64,000 nt of DNA from Podarcis bocagei (taxonomy: Eukaryota), in NCBI GenBank assembly GCA_964188305.1, contig OZ076887.1; one strand, 5' to 3'. The notes below the pieces were generated by a model. The model made no database searches. It was not told where the DNA came from and saw only the letters and a list, made by a program, of their open reading frames with translations. The position numbers were made by a program, and so were the translations under genes. This document shows positions 23,768 through 36,490 of this stretch, one piece after another (position 1 is the stretch's first letter; every line of letters begins with the position of its first letter).

Positions 23768-26700
23768 ATATCCAGTTACACTTGGCTAAGGCATATCAGT
23801 GTTTATTTACACTGATATAAAAAAAATCATGTTTTTATCACAGCTGATAATGGATGAATAGGCACATAGGCGCCAGCTTTAAATGTCTACATCTTAGAGT
23901 ATGTACATTGTAATTATATTTGCATGTTGTATTCAGTATACATAAGCAAACAGCTTTTGAAATTTGTTATCTTAAAGAAAGAAACTCACTAAATAACAAT
24001 GTTAGATATTAGAATGTCTAGACTTTTTGTTGGCTGATGCGTTCCTTTGGATATACAGTCAGCTGCTGTTATTTTCTCCTTCATATTTCTGTGCAACAGA
24101 AGATACCATAATACAGTTCTCTGAACTTCTGCGTTCATCAGTTGTAACAGATAGGATTTTTATGTTTGCATTCCCAAGGCAGAACTGAATGCATAACTCT
24201 TCTGACATATGGTCAGTTTTATATTAAAAGTATTACTTTTAATAGAAATATTAAAATAGAAAATTAAACTATTTTAATATAAACTTCTATATGTTGCATG
24301 CACCTTTTAATTTTATTTACGCTTGTATTCTAAATGTTTTCTGCTGAGTTCGGATGCTCTTAGAACATTAAAAAAAAATCCTTTATAGGAGTTTGCTCTA
24401 ATTGCTCCAAATTTTATAATAATCAGATACAACGGATTCTAAAAATGTAATTGTTTTGCTCTCCAAAGTAACTTGTGTCATTCTTGCATAATGATACATG
24501 CCTGAAGACTAAATCCTCCTAAGAAGCTGCAATCCTTTAAAAATATGCATATTATTAAGCTCCATTTATTTCAGCGGGACATACTGGTGAATAATAAGAC
24601 TTAAGATGGCAACATAGCCTTATTTGATCATGTAGTATATAGAACTCAATGCAATTATGCTGTATTCCTTCCTTTCCAATTGTGAAATATTTATTCTCTC
24701 CAGTCAGAGCAAGTTAGTAGTTAAAACAGGCTCCTCTATATAAATAAAATGCTTTTTAAATTTTATGAAAGAAAACTTTTGCCTAGAATTTCCCCCCCCC
24801 TTTGAAAACACTTGCTTTATCCCATCACCAATTATTGCTTCATAAAAGGTGCTTTTTTAAAAAAAACTTTCTCCTTTTTTGCATATCTGTGTCATAAGTT
24901 CTTGTTGCTCATAATGTTGAGTTGAATTTTCCATTTTTACTCTAAAGGCTGTATTAAAAATTATGCCTCTAAAGGGGGAGCAGATAGCTGTCATGCTAAA
25001 ATATACATCTGTTATGACAGTCTTTAATGAAAGCAGGTGTTGCTTTTTTAAAAGTTTTCTTTCTCTCCCACCTTCCCACAAATGAACTAATACATATATC
25101 ATTGTTTTAAAGAACTGTGTATATTTTACACATATTTTAAAATACAGTAGCAATGTACAAAAGCCGACAATCTTATTTTTTTCTCTCCTTTGTAACTGGA
25201 AAAAAGGTATTTTCTTCAGTAACTGTAAATCTGAAATTTGTTAATCATCTAAATAATAGAATTCATATAGTACTGAAACTAAAGCTTAAAATACAACTTA
25301 AGTATTTTTAAAGTATCAATTCCTGGAAGTCAAATTTGTAGGTTTAGATCAAACGATCTTGCTGTGCTCATGTATTGGGAGGCTGCTGATTTGCTCCCAT
25401 CACCTACAGGCCTCCTTTCTTCCCAAAATCTACTTAGGAGAGTTCCCTCTGGAACCAGTTTTTGCAGGGCAGGGGGATGCAAGGGGGGGGGGAGATAACC
25501 ACCTTCCCCAGCCCAATGAGAGAAAGTGTTTTCCACTCGGGCAGTGGAATCTTTGGGTACCCTCCATTAAAATAAGCGCAACTAGCCTTGTGAATTATGA
25601 TAGGAAACAATGGTAAAACAAAAATCCACATAGACCTTTTTCTCAGCCTTATTAGTTTGCACGCTGCTGTCTCACTTATTCCTCTGTGTCTTTTCATGTT
25701 TTGAGTGAGACAAAAGTGCACATCTCCTTTTCATCATTTTGATTGGAACTACATACCATATGTAATGTGTTTTGGCAGCACTTACCTAGCCAAAGAAAAC
25801 AAATTAATATTAGCCATGCTGAGGGGCATCCGAAGTATCACAGATGTGTCGATTTAGCTTTGCTCCATCACACACCCTTTCCTTAAACAACTGGTCAAGC
25901 TGTCGCAAGATGTTGCATGGGCTACAAAGCGATTTTAATAGGTGTGATCAGACGTTGATGGCTGTGGCTAGTTAGAATGAGAACATGTTGCCAATCTGTG
26001 GATGCTTGTTTTCAAACCCACATAGCAAAAAAAATGTGTGGAGCGCCAGCCAGAAACAAGACGACCTCAGTTCAAACTTTTATCTCCTTAAAAGCATACA
26101 GATGTACAGTCAGTAACAAATATAATGGATAAAAGACACATAAAGTGAAGTGGGCTTGCCCAAGAGCAATAGTTAAATTCCTTCCCTTATAAAGATGCAA
26201 GTAGATAAGAACATAATGTGTGGCGGGGGGAGAATGAGATGGCCTTTTCAACGCTATCTGCCCGTACACCCTGGGTTTCTGTTCCTCTTTCCTTATAGTT
26301 TGTCAACAACAATAGTATTGGAGAAAACGTCCACTATTTTCTGTGATGTTTTGTTTTTCTTTGCATTTCTATACCCTACCACCAATAGCGAATAAAATAT
26401 TAATATCGTACGCGATGGAACATGGTTGTTCATTGCATTCAGACTGCTGTTTGAAATAACATTCAATTTATGTCTTAAGTTGTTAGAAAGCAAGGGCTGA
26501 CCTTTATGGATGTGCAGTTGCCTTTTTTATTTGTTTGCAAGACATTTTTTTTTACGTATTGTAATTACTTGGGGTTTACTGCAGGTTTTAGTTTGATTCT
26601 TAAGTTAAAGGCTCTTCTTTTTTCCTTAAATATTCCCAGGTGATGTCAGATGAAAAGGGTATTATGGCTGAAATATACACCAGAGGAATTCATTTTGGCA

Positions 26701-29700
26701 AGCCTGGTCCATGTAGGTTAGTGAACCAACAAATAAATAATTTGCTTTGTTTGTTTAAAGTTAAGACAGGGAGGGGGGAACATAATAAGGAGGTGGAGCG
26801 TCCAAAACTGGGAAATATATAATGGTAGATTTGGAAAGGTGGCGAATATCAACATGCAAATAAATGTATTGACTGATAACGAACACTATACAGTATTTAC
26901 ACAGCAAAAATATATTTTCCAGGTTAGCAGTTTAAATATTCCAATAACGAATAATTGTTCCATAAGTGGCTTATTCTGACAGCAGTCATCTGCCTAGAGG
27001 GGATGATCATATGTTCTGAAACAGCATGAAAGTCTGTTTCTTTTACGTTATATTTTCCCAGAAATAGTAGAGGTGGAAGATAGGACTTCCAGTATTTGAA
27101 GGAAGACAACTAGGCACAGTATCATCACTGTATTAGAAAATGGTTTTCTACAGGAGTACTAGGGTCATATTAGCAAGAGCTGAGCATCCACTGGCACCAG
27201 TTTACATCAGTATGAGTGACACCTGTCCCATCAATCAAGGGGACCATGGCTTCACAGATGGAGAAGCAACAATCGGCTGAATTACACAGCACAGCACACT
27301 TGGTTTAATTCATCTCATTGTTTTCCTACAAATCTAAAGGATGCTCATTCTGCTTCTGGAGTTGAGGTAGAAGCACAAGATGGGCTCAGGTGTAGAATGT
27401 GCCTGTGTTTTTCTGTTATGCCAGGGTATTTAGCAAAAGAAGTTGGGATACATGGGATGGGGGGCAATCACACTCCACAGCTTTTGCCTTCTGTGGAGCA
27501 AGGATTACACACTTTGTAATCAAATTTAATATTTATTTAAGCATTTCTATTGCATATGCTATCTCCATAGTTCGAGTGGTTGCTTTCTGTGTTTACTAAT
27601 AAACAATAAAAATGAATTAAAGGGAATTAGCAAGCCAAGAGCATGATAAAAAGCAACGCCTATAGAGAAAATGTGTGTTCAATGTCAAAGAAGACTCACG
27701 CACCATGAAATCATACCAGTATACTGGGATGCCATTATAATGAGGGAAGTAGACCAAGGTTGATAATTCCTAAGGCCTCTTGTTGCCTTGCTGCCACCCA
27801 CTTTTTGTCTGGCATGTTTCTGGCATGTTTTTATAGAGGGACCTTTTTCATGATTGCAGTTTGAGGATACACACTGCTGGCATTTTTGTGTCACCAGTGT
27901 CAAGCAGCAAACCTGTGGCATGTTGAAATCAGTCAACAGTTCTTCGAAGATACAGCTTATGTTTGATTGTGTGTAAATACAGTTAGTTGGTTGGGTTTAT
28001 CTGATAGCCTGGCAGAAAGAGAGAGAAGCAGGACAAACTGTTTTCAGTAACTGCGCTGTTCATACACCTGATAAGATTGAGAGTGCTTTCGGCTGCTGAT
28101 ATGCTTTGAATAAGAAAAGAATAATCACTTCCACTGGCACCAGCTTATCAGGAATGGAGCAAAATGCCAACACTTTTACATTAGCAAAAGTAAATGTTTT
28201 AGACATGTCATGCCTTTTTTCCATTTAAATTGAATAGTAGGGTGCTTGTGAGTATGCAGTAATGAAGGGGAGGACTTAATACCTTGACTAAAGTGCAGGT
28301 GAATATATTGAGAAAGAAGCCCTTGGCAACAACAACAGCTCTTTTGATAAGTGGACTACATCTGTTTCAAGCGTTCTTCAGAAAATTTCAGCATCTTTAT
28401 CCATACTATTAAATGTGTGTCCTAATCTTACCAGGGAGCACATTATATTCTGACATAGCCATCATTGTTTTCAATAATGTGAGACTAGAAATTTAATCAT
28501 CGCTATAATGTAAAGCTAAAAGTCATATAATATTGTGATATTTCCCAGTATATTTATTTTGTGGCAGTTTTTAAAGCAAAACAAAAGTCTACTCTTTTTT
28601 AGTTTATAAGAAAATGAAATGAAATGAAACAAAGATAAGTATATAGGCAGCGTTCTAAAAAAATTAATTTTGTACCATAGTGTGATCCTGTGCATGTCAG
28701 GTCTGATGTACCCGTAAATCCTATTGAGTTCAATGGGCCTTATTTCCAGATTAGTGCGTAACTGCAACCTTAAAGTCTTAGTATACGTATAGTCAATATA
28801 CGTATAGTGATACTAACACCATCACTTAAGTGGACAAAAACAACACATACTTGGTGAGACATTGTTTGAGGTTTGACTAATTTTATATACAATTAATATA
28901 TATATAATATTTAGCATTACAAGCTGCTGCTTTAGTTGATCCTTTTAGTTGATCCTTAGGGAAGCATGTTATTCTGAGGCTGTTCTAATATAATACTATA
29001 ACATTATTATGCTTCTCTTCCTACGTGCAGATAACTTTGATGCACTCAGGTTGATAAATGGTACTATAAACCACAGTTGATTGATTTGGGATTTTTATTC
29101 ATTATCCTCATTGAGATCACTGTCACCCATTTGTGTCAATAGCATTCGATTAATCGAGACACCCTTGTTCTGTACCTTTAACTGAGAGTGGGACTTTTAA
29201 GAGCAAGATGTTGACAAGCTGATAAATGGTCCCAACCGTTCTGGTTTCAATAGGCTTTTTGTATGGGCAAATATATATTTCATTGGCAAGTTTATTTTCA
29301 CAATTTGAGACCTTCATTTAGAGGAAAGGTCTTCAGTTTAAGGTTTATCAAATTTTAGCTAAAGACAACTGGCTCCATTTGTGTGTAAAATAATTTAAGT
29401 ACTTACTTGAGGCAAACTTCATGCTTTAAGAGCTGTTGCTCAGAGGTTTCATTCTTCTGCGAAGATGTCAACTGTAAATATAAAAATGCATCACTGAAAA
29501 TGTAATGGTTTAAAGATTCAAACTGAAATAAAATTGTCTGCCTGGGGAAAACACTGCAATCAAAATAAAGTAGTCTTATCTCCTCCTGAAGCAGGCATAT
29601 TTGGAAGCAGTGCTGGAAGGCAGCAGGGCACACCACTGTTTTCTTTCAGCCACTAATAACATTGCCTGGAAATCAACAATATTACTCCAAACCTCAAATA

Positions 29701-30453
29701 CCAAATTATCGGTAAGTTACTATTGCCAATGACGTGGATAAACGTGTAGCTGTACAGCCTTGCCCATGTCATTGAAGTATGATTAAACTGTTCCGAAATG
29801 GTAACTTTTGGGCTTTCAAAATGCCTTATTCTTTTCAAATCTCTGTGATTTTTTTTAAAAGTTGCAAAAGATGGTAAATTTTGTAATTGTAGGTCTGGAG
29901 TTTTAGCAGCAATCACAACAGCAGAGATTTTTGGGTGTGTGATACATCAAAGTGTGCTTTCTGGAAACCTTTTATTTGACACCCCCCCCCCCGCCCTCAG
30001 CTGTGTATGAGCTGATGGAAAATTCACTGATTTCACTTTAAAAGGCTGGCTGAATTCATTTGGCTACAGATTAGACCATAGGATGAAAGGCTAGGAGCTG
30101 TCTTAAGGCTTCTCTGTTGCTGTTGCTGCAGTGTGACTTGGAAAGAGGCTGCGCAGACACTGTTCTGCCCCCTGTGCAGACTACAGTAGAGACATTACAT
30201 CAGGGATGATGACATAGAGTCATCTGGTCTCCAGTTGTAGGCTAGCTTCACTCTGCAGTGCCATGGAGAGCGCGACTGCTGTGAAGTCAGTGCTCATCTA
30301 CCTCAGGAAAAGAGGACCATGTGGAAGTAAGTGAGATGAAAGCAGCCCCATGGCTGCAGAAACAGGCTATGTAGGCAACAGTCCTCAAAAGCGAAGGTCT
30401 AAAATTAGATCCTTGTCTCACTTTCTTGCGACAGTGGTCCTACAACTTGGAGA

Positions 30454-30600
30454 AGGGATGTAGCTCAACGGTAAAGGACATTATTTGCGTGTAAAGGACC
30501 TAGTTTTAGGAAAGGGTTGTAGCTTAGTGGTAGGGCATGCAGAAATTCCCAGGTTTTGCATAGAACTGGCAATATTCTAGTCTGAAACCCTGGAGATTAC
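30454..30600 (+). mobile_element. Decayed tRNA-derived SINE with a duplicated head
   Basis: Two A-box heads (gggatgtagctcaacggta, gggttgtagcttagtggta) followed by ...gtctgaaaccctggaga; no intact cloverleaf. Confidence 0.5.
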
Positions 30601-32275
30601 CAAGTAAAAGCGACTTTTGTAACTTCCTATGATTTGTGGCAAAGCATAGATGCAGGGATCAATAGGCTCTTCCTGTGCACTTATTCTTCAGTCTCAGGAC
30701 AGTGCTCTTAACATGTGCTGGGCAGATATTAGGGTCAGATAATTTGACCGGGCCTCATTAGCAGAGAGTAAATGGGCAAGGTGGAACATCTATAGTAGCT
30801 ACCAAGGTGTTGCATTGTAGTGAGCACAAATAACAGGCATAAAGGCTGTCATGAGAAAGAGTGAGAGAGCGCTGAGAAACAAACTGGTATGCTAAAGTTG
30901 GTATCTACCCAGTATATAAAATATACTGTTTAGAGATGTAATGCTAATATAAAGCGGGGGAAAGGAGATGTAATGTTACACTTTTTAGTGCAATGGGCTG
31001 ATGCTTGACAGGGAAATTATGTTTTCCTGTGGTATTGATTTAGCTTGCAACCTTAGGCACATTTATTAGGGAGGACCAACTGAAAAAAATAAGACTTCCA
31101 TGGGCCTGCACTATTAAGTGTTTAAGCTTATAAAGCTATATAAAATTTTGGCCTGTAGATCTGTTTTCAACGGATCATGCTGAAGATGGGAGGTAAGAAT
31201 ACTTTTAGTTCTCTCTGTGTCTGTGTTTGCATGTTCCAGAAACTTATAGGGCTAGCTGAGAAGAATGGTCTCTTGATTGCGCGTGTGGGCACACATATCA
31301 CACTCTCTCCTTCTTACACTTTAAATGTCAGTGTTCTAATTGGCACTGGAAACGATTCCAATTTTTATGTGGGGTTTGCATATTTATAACACTGCATATT
31401 TATATGGGGTTTGCACTTTCAGTGCCATTCTTCATTCTTTATTCAAACCACCGCAAGCAAAATCAGAACTCATCCGGTTGAGTTGTATGCAAATGTCCTT
31501 ACAAAATTTACTAAGTTTACATCTGGTAGTAATGTTCTTCTTGTCGCAGTTCAGTATGTATGTGGCCTTTATAACATGGGAGTAGATACGTATTTTTCCT
31601 TAGGCAGAATGGAATGTATGCCAAATGTATAATAGTATATAATAATAGCAAATATTTTTTTAAAAAAAAGTTTTAAAAGGTATTTCGCTTTGCTGAAAAA
31701 ATTGTGCAAGTCCCTACACACTATAGGAAAAGTACCTGAATGTGAATCATGGTGATTTTAGAAAGCTTTTAAAACTCAGATCAGCTTTTGTTTTGGGTTC
31801 AGTAGGGCAACTTTTGTTGATGGTCTAGGTGGGGTTAGCCGAGATTCACTTAAAGCAGCACAAGCCATAAACTTGTGGCAGGCTACTAGTCGGTAGCAGG
31901 TGTGAACAACATAAAACAGGATTAACACTGAACCAAAGTGTGCACTAAAAACAGAAAGCCCTGCCTTGCTTTTACAAGGACAGTCAAATAGAAACACACG
32001 GTCACCATGCACACTCTATTTACTAAACACTGTCCAGTGGGCGATGTCAATGGTCCTGTTCAGCTGCTTCTCATATTCTGCTCCTCTACCTTTATGTATG
32101 TTTTCCCTTGAATAGTCTAGTTTTATTTGGCATTTTGTTTTATGTGCACCCAAGGATATTCTTTCAGCACTTCAAAAATAAGTAACAACGCATTTTTGTT
32201 ATTCCTCTATTATTTTCAAAAATAATAAAATTTCTTTCTTTCTTGTCTGGAAGAAAGTTCATGAATTTATATGTA

Positions 32276-32518
32276 CAGTGGTACCTCAGGTTAAGTATTT
32301 AATTCGTTCCGGAGGTTCGTACTTAACCTGAAACTGTTCTTAACCTGAAGCACCACTTTAGCTAATGGGGGTCTCTTGCTGCTGCCGCGCCGCCGGCGCA
32401 CAATTTCTGTTCTCATCCTGAAGCAAAGTTCTTAACCTGAAGCACTATTTCTGGGTTAGCGGAGACTGTAACCTGAAGTGTATGTAACCTGAAGCGTATG
32501 TAACCCGAAGTACCACTG
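32276..32518 (-). mobile_element. Tc1/mariner-type MITE, subfamily A
   Basis: TIRs and TA TSD; near-identical to 10578-10818. Confidence 0.93.
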
Positions 32519-34880
32519 TATGTTCTTGCGTTCAAAGGAACTCTGGTGTCACTCCCGTCTTGCCGAAGTTTGAGGGTAGGGTGGGAGAGCAGAAATGGTA
32601 TTGTTAGGGGCAAGACAGCTTGAGCCATGGGACTCAAAAGAACCAGGGACCTGAAATGGCATGTGAAGGGTATAGAAACTACATTCTTTACTTCCAGACC
32701 AGTATAAACTAAAACGAAAACTTAAAAGTAGCAAAACTACAGTCTTCAGACTGGACACGTAACGTAGGAAATGGAGATAGATAGGAATGCAGTCTCTTAT
32801 GTATGACTTTGATAGTTTTAATATCCTAATGTTATAAATAGGCTTTGAAAAAGAAATCTGGTGCTGATTTTTTTTAAGTTATTTTAGTGTCTATATTTTA
32901 TGCATCAGGACACAGCTTTAGAAGTATTATCTTAAACAAAAAGACAGGACTTGGTATGGGAATTGAATAAAAGTGGATCTTAGTAGTTGTATAGTTGTGC
33001 TAAGGGTTACCAGCTTCCACTCTTCCCTTACCCTCGGTTGCATTGCAGATGAATAAGGGGGTCTACATTTTTGCCTTTGTTGTTATCTAGAATATCAATG
33101 TGACAATTTCTGAGTTGGCTTCATTGCTCCCCAGTAATAAATTGCTATTTTATCTGACCTGAGCAATTTAGTCTCTTAGTAAAATGTGTATTTAAGGTGA
33201 GAGAGTATTAATAAATAGTCTATGTAATTTCCTCTCAGCACATGAACGTCTAAACTGGCTCACTTTTCTTGACAACCTCAGAGAAACCACACACACACAT
33301 GGCACAGTATTCATTTGAGCACCTGAATATATTGAGAGATTTTGGAAAGTGCCCAGCTATCTTGTGTAGGTGCTTGGTAACAAAGCAGCTAGGTTTTCAA
33401 AATTGCTGTGCACCCTGCAGCTCCCATTGAGAAAAGTAGGGGATGCTGCGTTTCAGCGTCTTTGAAATTCTGACCCCAATTGTAGCAGCTGTGCACTTTG
33501 GTGAATTATGGTATCTAGATTCAATATAGCTAATTTAAAAGTACAGCTCTTTTCCCACCAAGCAGAAACATTTTCTGCTGCCTTTTTGAAAACGGCATTG
33601 GGGCATAATAATTATTTTTCAGATACTATGTTGTCCTGTTTCCCCCTGTGTGCATGCATGCACAAACATGAATGGGCATGCTTCTGAACATAATTATGGT
33701 TAAACAGATTTATTTGAAGCGATAATAATTTCAGATATAAAGGTGCTGTTAAGTCTTCAATCCTGAATCCACTTGCCAGTAAATCACATTGAATTTAGTG
33801 GATTTATACTTTTGAGTAAGCATGTATAGGATTGCGCAGTACACATGTGGCAGAATTAGATTAAAAATCAAGTACAATTTATCAGAGCATATGCTATGTT
33901 AAAGTAGTCACATTTCTGAAGTGCATTTATGATTTTGGAGAAAAAACTTATACATTTCATAGAACACTTAAACCAAAGGTTCATTGATACTGTTCTTCTG
34001 TCACAAAGTGATATCCCAGAAGCACAGTGACCTGTATAAATGTGTGCATGATTGTGTCCCTATTCCCTTCAAAAAGTGAACACCACACAGGCACAACTGA
34101 AATTTTGAAAGCCCCACTGGGAATGTTATTGAAGGGAATGATATAAATCCCTTAAATAACTAGAATTTGGGAGAAGAGGACAACTTGAAGTTTATTCTTA
34201 TATTTCGAGCCCCATGAAGGCTTGAAATTATTCAGAAGGTATTTTATACAAACACATATCTTAAATGCTTGTGAAATAGTAATGGCAATAATATTTTCTG
34301 TAAGCTAAAGCATTCTGCTAAAAATTGTTGCTTTTAATCACATTGCCTCACCTAAACCCGTGCTCTTTACTGGTTAATGCACTGAAAGTCTTCCCATGCC
34401 TCAAATTGTTTCTCTATTCAAATTGGAGGAAGGAGGTGATAGCACATATAAATCGACTTACTCCTCCATTTTGGGTGCCATGAGCACATCTGCATTTCTG
34501 GACTGGGGTTAAAATATGGAACCAAGACCCACTTACTTTAAAAGATATCCCCCCTCCCCACCAAATAAAATACATGTTTGCATAGGTTTTATTTGATTAT
34601 TAAGCTGTAATGTGGTTAGGTAATAGTACTACTTAGATGATAATAAATAGAGTATATAGTTTGTTTGTAGCCACAGTCCTTTGCACTGAATATTGGATGT
34701 TGTACTGAAAAGTTCATTTATTTTCATTAATGTCCCTTTGGTGGGGAGCATGGGAAAGAAGTTACCATATGGAAAGACAGCCTAAAACATCCCAGTGAGT
34801 ACTGTATATATGCAAGCAACCTGGAACTTATTTGGATACAGTATATAAATAGTATCTGTAAGTTTTCTTCCCTGAGCGAC

Positions 34881-35113
34881 ATACCTCGGTTTAAGAAGAG
34901 TACGATTTAAGAACATTTGGTTTACAAACTCCGCAAAACCAGAAATAGTGTCTTGGTTTGAGAACTTTACCTCAGTCTAAGAATGGAATCCAAATGGTGG
35001 AAGGGCACTGGTGGCGGGAGACCTCATTAGGCAAAGCGCACCTTGGTTTAAGAACGGTTTTGGTTTAAGAACGGACTTCTGGAATGGATTAAGTTCGTAA
35101 ACTGAGGTACCAC
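34881..35113 (+). mobile_element. Tc1/mariner-type MITE, subfamily B, both termini eroded
   Basis: Reverse-complement similarity to 10896-11120; the terminal CAGTG/CACTG and TA are missing or incomplete. Confidence 0.85.
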
Positions 35114-35619
35114 CTTGGAGACTATGACATGGGTTTATGCACACCCTTCTGATTCCCAGGTACTTAGTCTGAATATCAACCACTATGACTGCTATTTGGG
35201 TTTTCTAACCATAGGATCTCCTGCTATCACAAGTAGATATCCCCTAATATATATTTGTGTTAATATTTTTATAACATCCTGCCCTTCCTTCTGAAGTAGC
35301 TCAGGGCAACAAGTATAATCACATAGCCTGTAAAAATATCCTATATTACCATATTGGGTTGGAGAAAATTCTTGACAGAAATTGACCCCATATCAATTCT
35401 CTAAAAGTGTATGTGCAGGCACATACAAATGTGCACACTGAACATCTTATTTTAGGAAGAGTTGTGTGTAACTTGAAAGTCTGTATATTGCATTGGTAAC
35501 TTGGGTTAACCAAATAAATATTTTACTTTCCTATGTTTTATTTTAAAGGTAATTGGTACCTGATATCATCACTGGTTATAGCTGATGAAATCATTCTTGA
35601 ACTCTTTCTTTCTTTTTTT

Positions 35620-35817
35620 GCCTTGACATTAAAAGTGAACAGGGCCTTAAAGCTTCAGGGCCTTGACCAGTGCTCCTAAGGGTATAAAAGTTTGCATGCT
35701 TATCTGAAGCTTATCCAAACTGCTTAACCTCTCTGGCCTCAAAATCGGTCTGGAAATCCTAGGAGAGCAGACTGTCTCGCGAGATCTTAAATAGAACTTT
35801 CTGTGTGCCAGGTCAGA
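35620..35817 (+). promoter_or_regulatory. Candidate internal TATA promoter and short non-coding first exon of ESRRG
   Basis: TATAAAAG at 35683-35690; GCCTTGA/GGCCTTAA/GGCCTTGA sites at 35620-35666; TCTCGCGAGA at 35775-35784; CAG|GTCAGA donor at 35811/35812. Confidence 0.45.
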
Positions 35818-36143
35818 AATATATCAAGAGTGTTAAATAGGATTTCAGTGATTTTTCCTTCTCTTCCCATCCTCACAGCTTTCTCCTTCTTTTTTGCAAA
35901 ACATTTGAGTACACATTTTCTCCAAGTGCTGTTGTCAATTTAGATCGGATCATTATCAATTTAGATAATTATTAATATAGACAAACCCTGTCAAATTCCT
36001 GTTTTATGCAATCCAAAATGGTTCTTTAAATCTGTAAGTTGCACAACCTTGCAATATTTCTTACAAATTATAGCAAACACTTATTCTGCTGTTCTGACCA
36101 ACTAGAATTAGTATTTATTTAGTGAGCTTAGAGCATGAGATAA

Positions 36144-36490
36144 AGGTAAAGGGTAAAGGGACCCCTGACCATTAGGTCCAGTTGTGACCAACTCTGGGGT
36201 TGCGGCGCTCATCTTGCTTTATTGGCCGAGGGAGCCGGTGTACAGCTTCCGGGTCATGTGGCCAGCATGACTAAGCCGCTTCTGGTGAACCAGAGCAGCG
36301 CATGGAACACTGTTTACCTTCCCGCCGGAGCAGTACCTATTTACTTGCACTTTGACGTGCTTTCGAACTGCTAGGTTGGCAGGAGCAGGGACTGAGAAAC
36401 GTGAGCTCACCCCGTCACGGAGATTCGAACCGCCGACCTTCAGCAAGTCCTAGGCTCTGTGGTTTAACCCACGATGCCACCCGCGTCCCT
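36144..36490 (-). mobile_element. Sauria SINE (full length)
   Basis: Reverse-complement copy; TSD ATGAGATAA at 36135-36143 and 36491-36499. Confidence 0.93.

Noticed and set aside
28780-28958. Small tandem duplications (tatacgtatagt x2; tttagttgatcct x2)
   Set aside because: Ordinary slippage-type micro-duplications.
30454-30560. tRNA-like sequences
   Set aside because: Only A-box halves with no T-arm or acceptor pairing; decayed SINE heads, not tRNA genes.
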